DNA of 64,000 bases from an uncultured delta proteobacterium. GTDB taxonomy: Bacteria > Desulfobacterota > Binatia > Binatales > Binataceae. The DNA is taken from positions 96,001 to 160,000 of the forward strand of contig CAVQEQ010000001.1 of NCBI GenBank assembly GCA_963711565.1, read 5' to 3'. The notes below the pieces were generated by a model. That model saw only the letters and a list, made by a program, of their open reading frames with translations, was not told the origin of the DNA and did not search any database. The position numbers and the translations under genes are program-made. Positions 61,816-64,000 of this stretch are shown piece after piece (the stretch's first letter is position 1; every line of letters starts with the position of its first letter).

Positions 61816-62672
61816 ATGCAGGCAAGCTCCACAAACGGGCCGTACAGGCCGCCAGAGGCCGAAAGGAAGGCCAATTTCTCATCCGTGACTCCGACGTTAG
61901 AGGCTTTGCGCTTCGGGTCACTCCCAACGGCTCAAAGGCTTGGGTGTGGGATGGTCGCATTCATGGTCGGATGAATCGCATCACTATCGGGAAGTATCCC
62001 GACCTCAGCCTCTCCGAAGCTAAGGCGGAAGCTCTCAGGATTCGCCACGACATCGCTATCGGCATCGATCCCGCGCAAAAGCGAGAAAACGAACGCAAGG
62101 AACTTACTCTTAAAGACATAGCCAGCCAGTATCTCGAAAACCATGCACGAACACATAAGCGGTCTTGGCAACAAGACGACGACAGAATCCGACTCCATTT
62201 CAAAGTTCTGGCAGCTTACAAGCTTTCGGAAGTCATCCGCGAGATGGTCTCTGTGTGGCACCGGCGAATCGGCGAGAGGAGCGGACAGTACCAAGCCAAT
62301 CGATGCATGGCCCTGTTGTCTGCAATTTCTGCCTGGGCAATTCGGCTTAGCTACTGGCAAGGTCAGAATCCCGTCAAGGGAGTTCTTCACTTCCGCGAGG
62401 AGTCGCGATCGCGCTACCTGAATGCCGAAGAACTAACCCGCCTATGGAATGCGTTGGACTCCGAACGCTCCCCCTACTGGCGAACATATTTCAAGCTCGC
62501 CCTATTGCTCGGTATGCGTAAGAACGAGCTTCTACAAGCCCGTTGGGAAAATGTAAACCTGCCAGAGCGAATCTGGTGCCTACCGAAGACAAAATCAAAT
62601 AAGCCTCACCTGCTGCGCATTTCCGAGGCCGCGATCGATGGACCCTCGGCCCGTGGTCAAACTGCTGGGTGA
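61816..62672 (+). mobile_element. Truncated P4-like tyrosine integrase
   Basis: Arm-binding domain (GFALRVTPNGSKAW...ITIGKYPDLSLSEAK), LGMRKNELL, KTK; ends before the HxxR and catalytic Tyr region. Confidence 0.85.
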
Positions 62673-62894
62673 TACCACTGTAGTCTTTCTCGGTACTAAC
62701 GATTGGAGCAACGGAACTGCGGAGCCGGCCTTTAAGATGCAATACCTTTTTGCAACGCGAGAATGCAGCAAAACCGCAAGTGGCCCATTCGTTGCAAAAC
62801 CGTTCGTTTATGCACGCCCTAGAGCCTAGACAGTCGGTGTTCAGGCAAGTTTCCGGTAACGCCACTTCAAGACCGCTTATCGGAATGTAAGCGC

Positions 62895-63737
62895 TCACTG
62901 CCTTCGAGGGGTGTACAGGGGCATAAAGGATTCGTTCTTCGCCAGGTCCCAAAGCTTGCCCGCTTTATTGAGCAGCCAACGGCGATCCATACGGCATCGG
63001 CTGGCCGTATTCGGTTCCAAGACAATCTCACCGGCATTGGTGGTGCCAGCCACTGCGAACGACGTACCACAATTGGCCGCCTTCAAATGGGACAAGCCCT
63101 GCTGAATTTGTATTTCTACGTGGGAACCATCTCTCTTGAAATCGAACACCTGAACGAACGAGTACTTGCCGCCTTCGGAGATCACCCCGAAGATATGCTG
63201 TCCGTCGTTAGAAAAGCCATCCAAATGAACCGAGAGCCTTCGCCCCCACTCGGCGACACTGCTGGTGAACCCCATGGGGGGAATCAGGCCAGCCGCGCCG
63301 TCCCTGCCATCTGGAAGCGTGATTCGAAGCGTATAGTTCGCCTCGCACTCATGCGAGTTCTTGTTATGGTCGTCTTCGCTGTGGACCTTAAGGACGGCGA
63401 CTACGCCGCCAGGGCCAGTCCGGCTCCTGCTCTCGGTGGTTACGTCATTGGCGCAGTCGATGGACTGCCCAACCTCTACGGGATCTCTTTCTCGCGCCTG
63501 CATCTCGGCTGCAAACACTTGCTGATGCAAATTCTGATATTTTGGGTCGTTATGTGCACCGTCCCAAAGGGCGTCTAGTTTGGCTTGTGCGTCGGCTAGC
63601 TTTCCTACGCCAAGATCACGCTGCGCGGCGTCAAGTTCCTGGTCCCTCTCTATCGCATAACTAGAGAGCGTTGCCATCACGATGGCGGCGACGAATATGA
63701 TGGACCGAAATCTAGTTGGGCTTTGGAAGTGTTCCAT
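62895..63737 (-). CDS. Hypothetical exported protein
   Basis: Signal/TM segment IIFVAAIVMATLSSYA, short helical region, then a beta-rich domain with 4 Cys. Confidence 0.55.
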   Translation of the reverse strand: MEHFQSPTRFRSIIFVAAIVMATLSSYAIERDQELDAAQRDLGVGKLADAQAKLDALWDGAHNDPKYQNLHQQVFAAEMQARERDPVEVGQSIDCANDVTTESRSRTGPGGVVAVLKVHSEDDHNKNSHECEANYTLRITLPDGRDGAAGLIPPMGFTSSVAEWGRRLSVHLDGFSNDGQHIFGVISEGGKYSFVQVFDFKRDGSHVEIQIQQGLSHLKAANCGTSFAVAGTTNAGEIVLEPNTASRCRMDRRWLLNKAGKLWDLAKNESFMPLYTPRRQ

Positions 63738-64000
63738 TCTTTTGAAGATAGCGGAGTGATCGTTCGATCTCCATATCCACCGCCAACGTGCGGAGATCTG
63801 TCGGCTTGCCAAGCATCGTCAGCTTGCCTTTAGAAAGATCATAGGTTTCGAAAAAAATCAATCCGTCCGTAAGGACACCGAAGGACTGTTCACCTAGCGA
63901 TGTGAGATACGTAACTAACTCTTCGAGACCTACTGCCCGTTCTTTTTCGAGATCACGCTTAAATTCAAAAACGAGATCTTGGTACAATGCGTCTATGTAT
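63712..64000 (-). pseudogene. Fragment of a PD-(D/E)xK (HsdR_N-like) restriction nuclease domain, running off the window
   Basis: YIDALYQDLVFEFKR...YL...GVLTDGLIF; stops early with no methyltransferase domain following. Confidence 0.55.

Overview
GC-rich bacterial chromosome segment. The gene mix (many P450s, BVMOs, LLM/SDR/amidohydrolases, GSIII, VWA lipoproteins, AAA-TPR regulators) suggests a Candidatus Binatota-like or related soil lineage; this is inference only. From 1 to about 43 kb it holds mostly metabolic and stress genes: pncB, a LonC-type protease, Hsp20, USP, GSIII, lipid/steroid-type catabolic enzymes, a sigma54 two-component system with a BON/lipoprotein cluster, and a decayed Phd-VapC module. 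From about 43 to 54.5 kb is a visibly less GC-biased block: a STAND-type AAA-TPR regulator and an HpnA-like reductase facing an operon of carotenoid-desaturase-like flavoprotein, unknown protein, polyprenyl synthase and tandem acetoacetate-decarboxylase-fold protein. This is the best candidate for an undescribed isoprenoid system. The right end is a tRNA-Ser(CGA) hotspot with a truncated integrase and several gene remnants. Non-coding signals include three clean sigma54 promoters, a promoter/operator shared by a P450 and a CoA-transferase, and a 123-bp duplication of the P450 3' end bracketing an inserted CAP-domain gene. Four single-base homopolymer frameshifts look like assembly errors. All calls come from motif reading; no searches were run.
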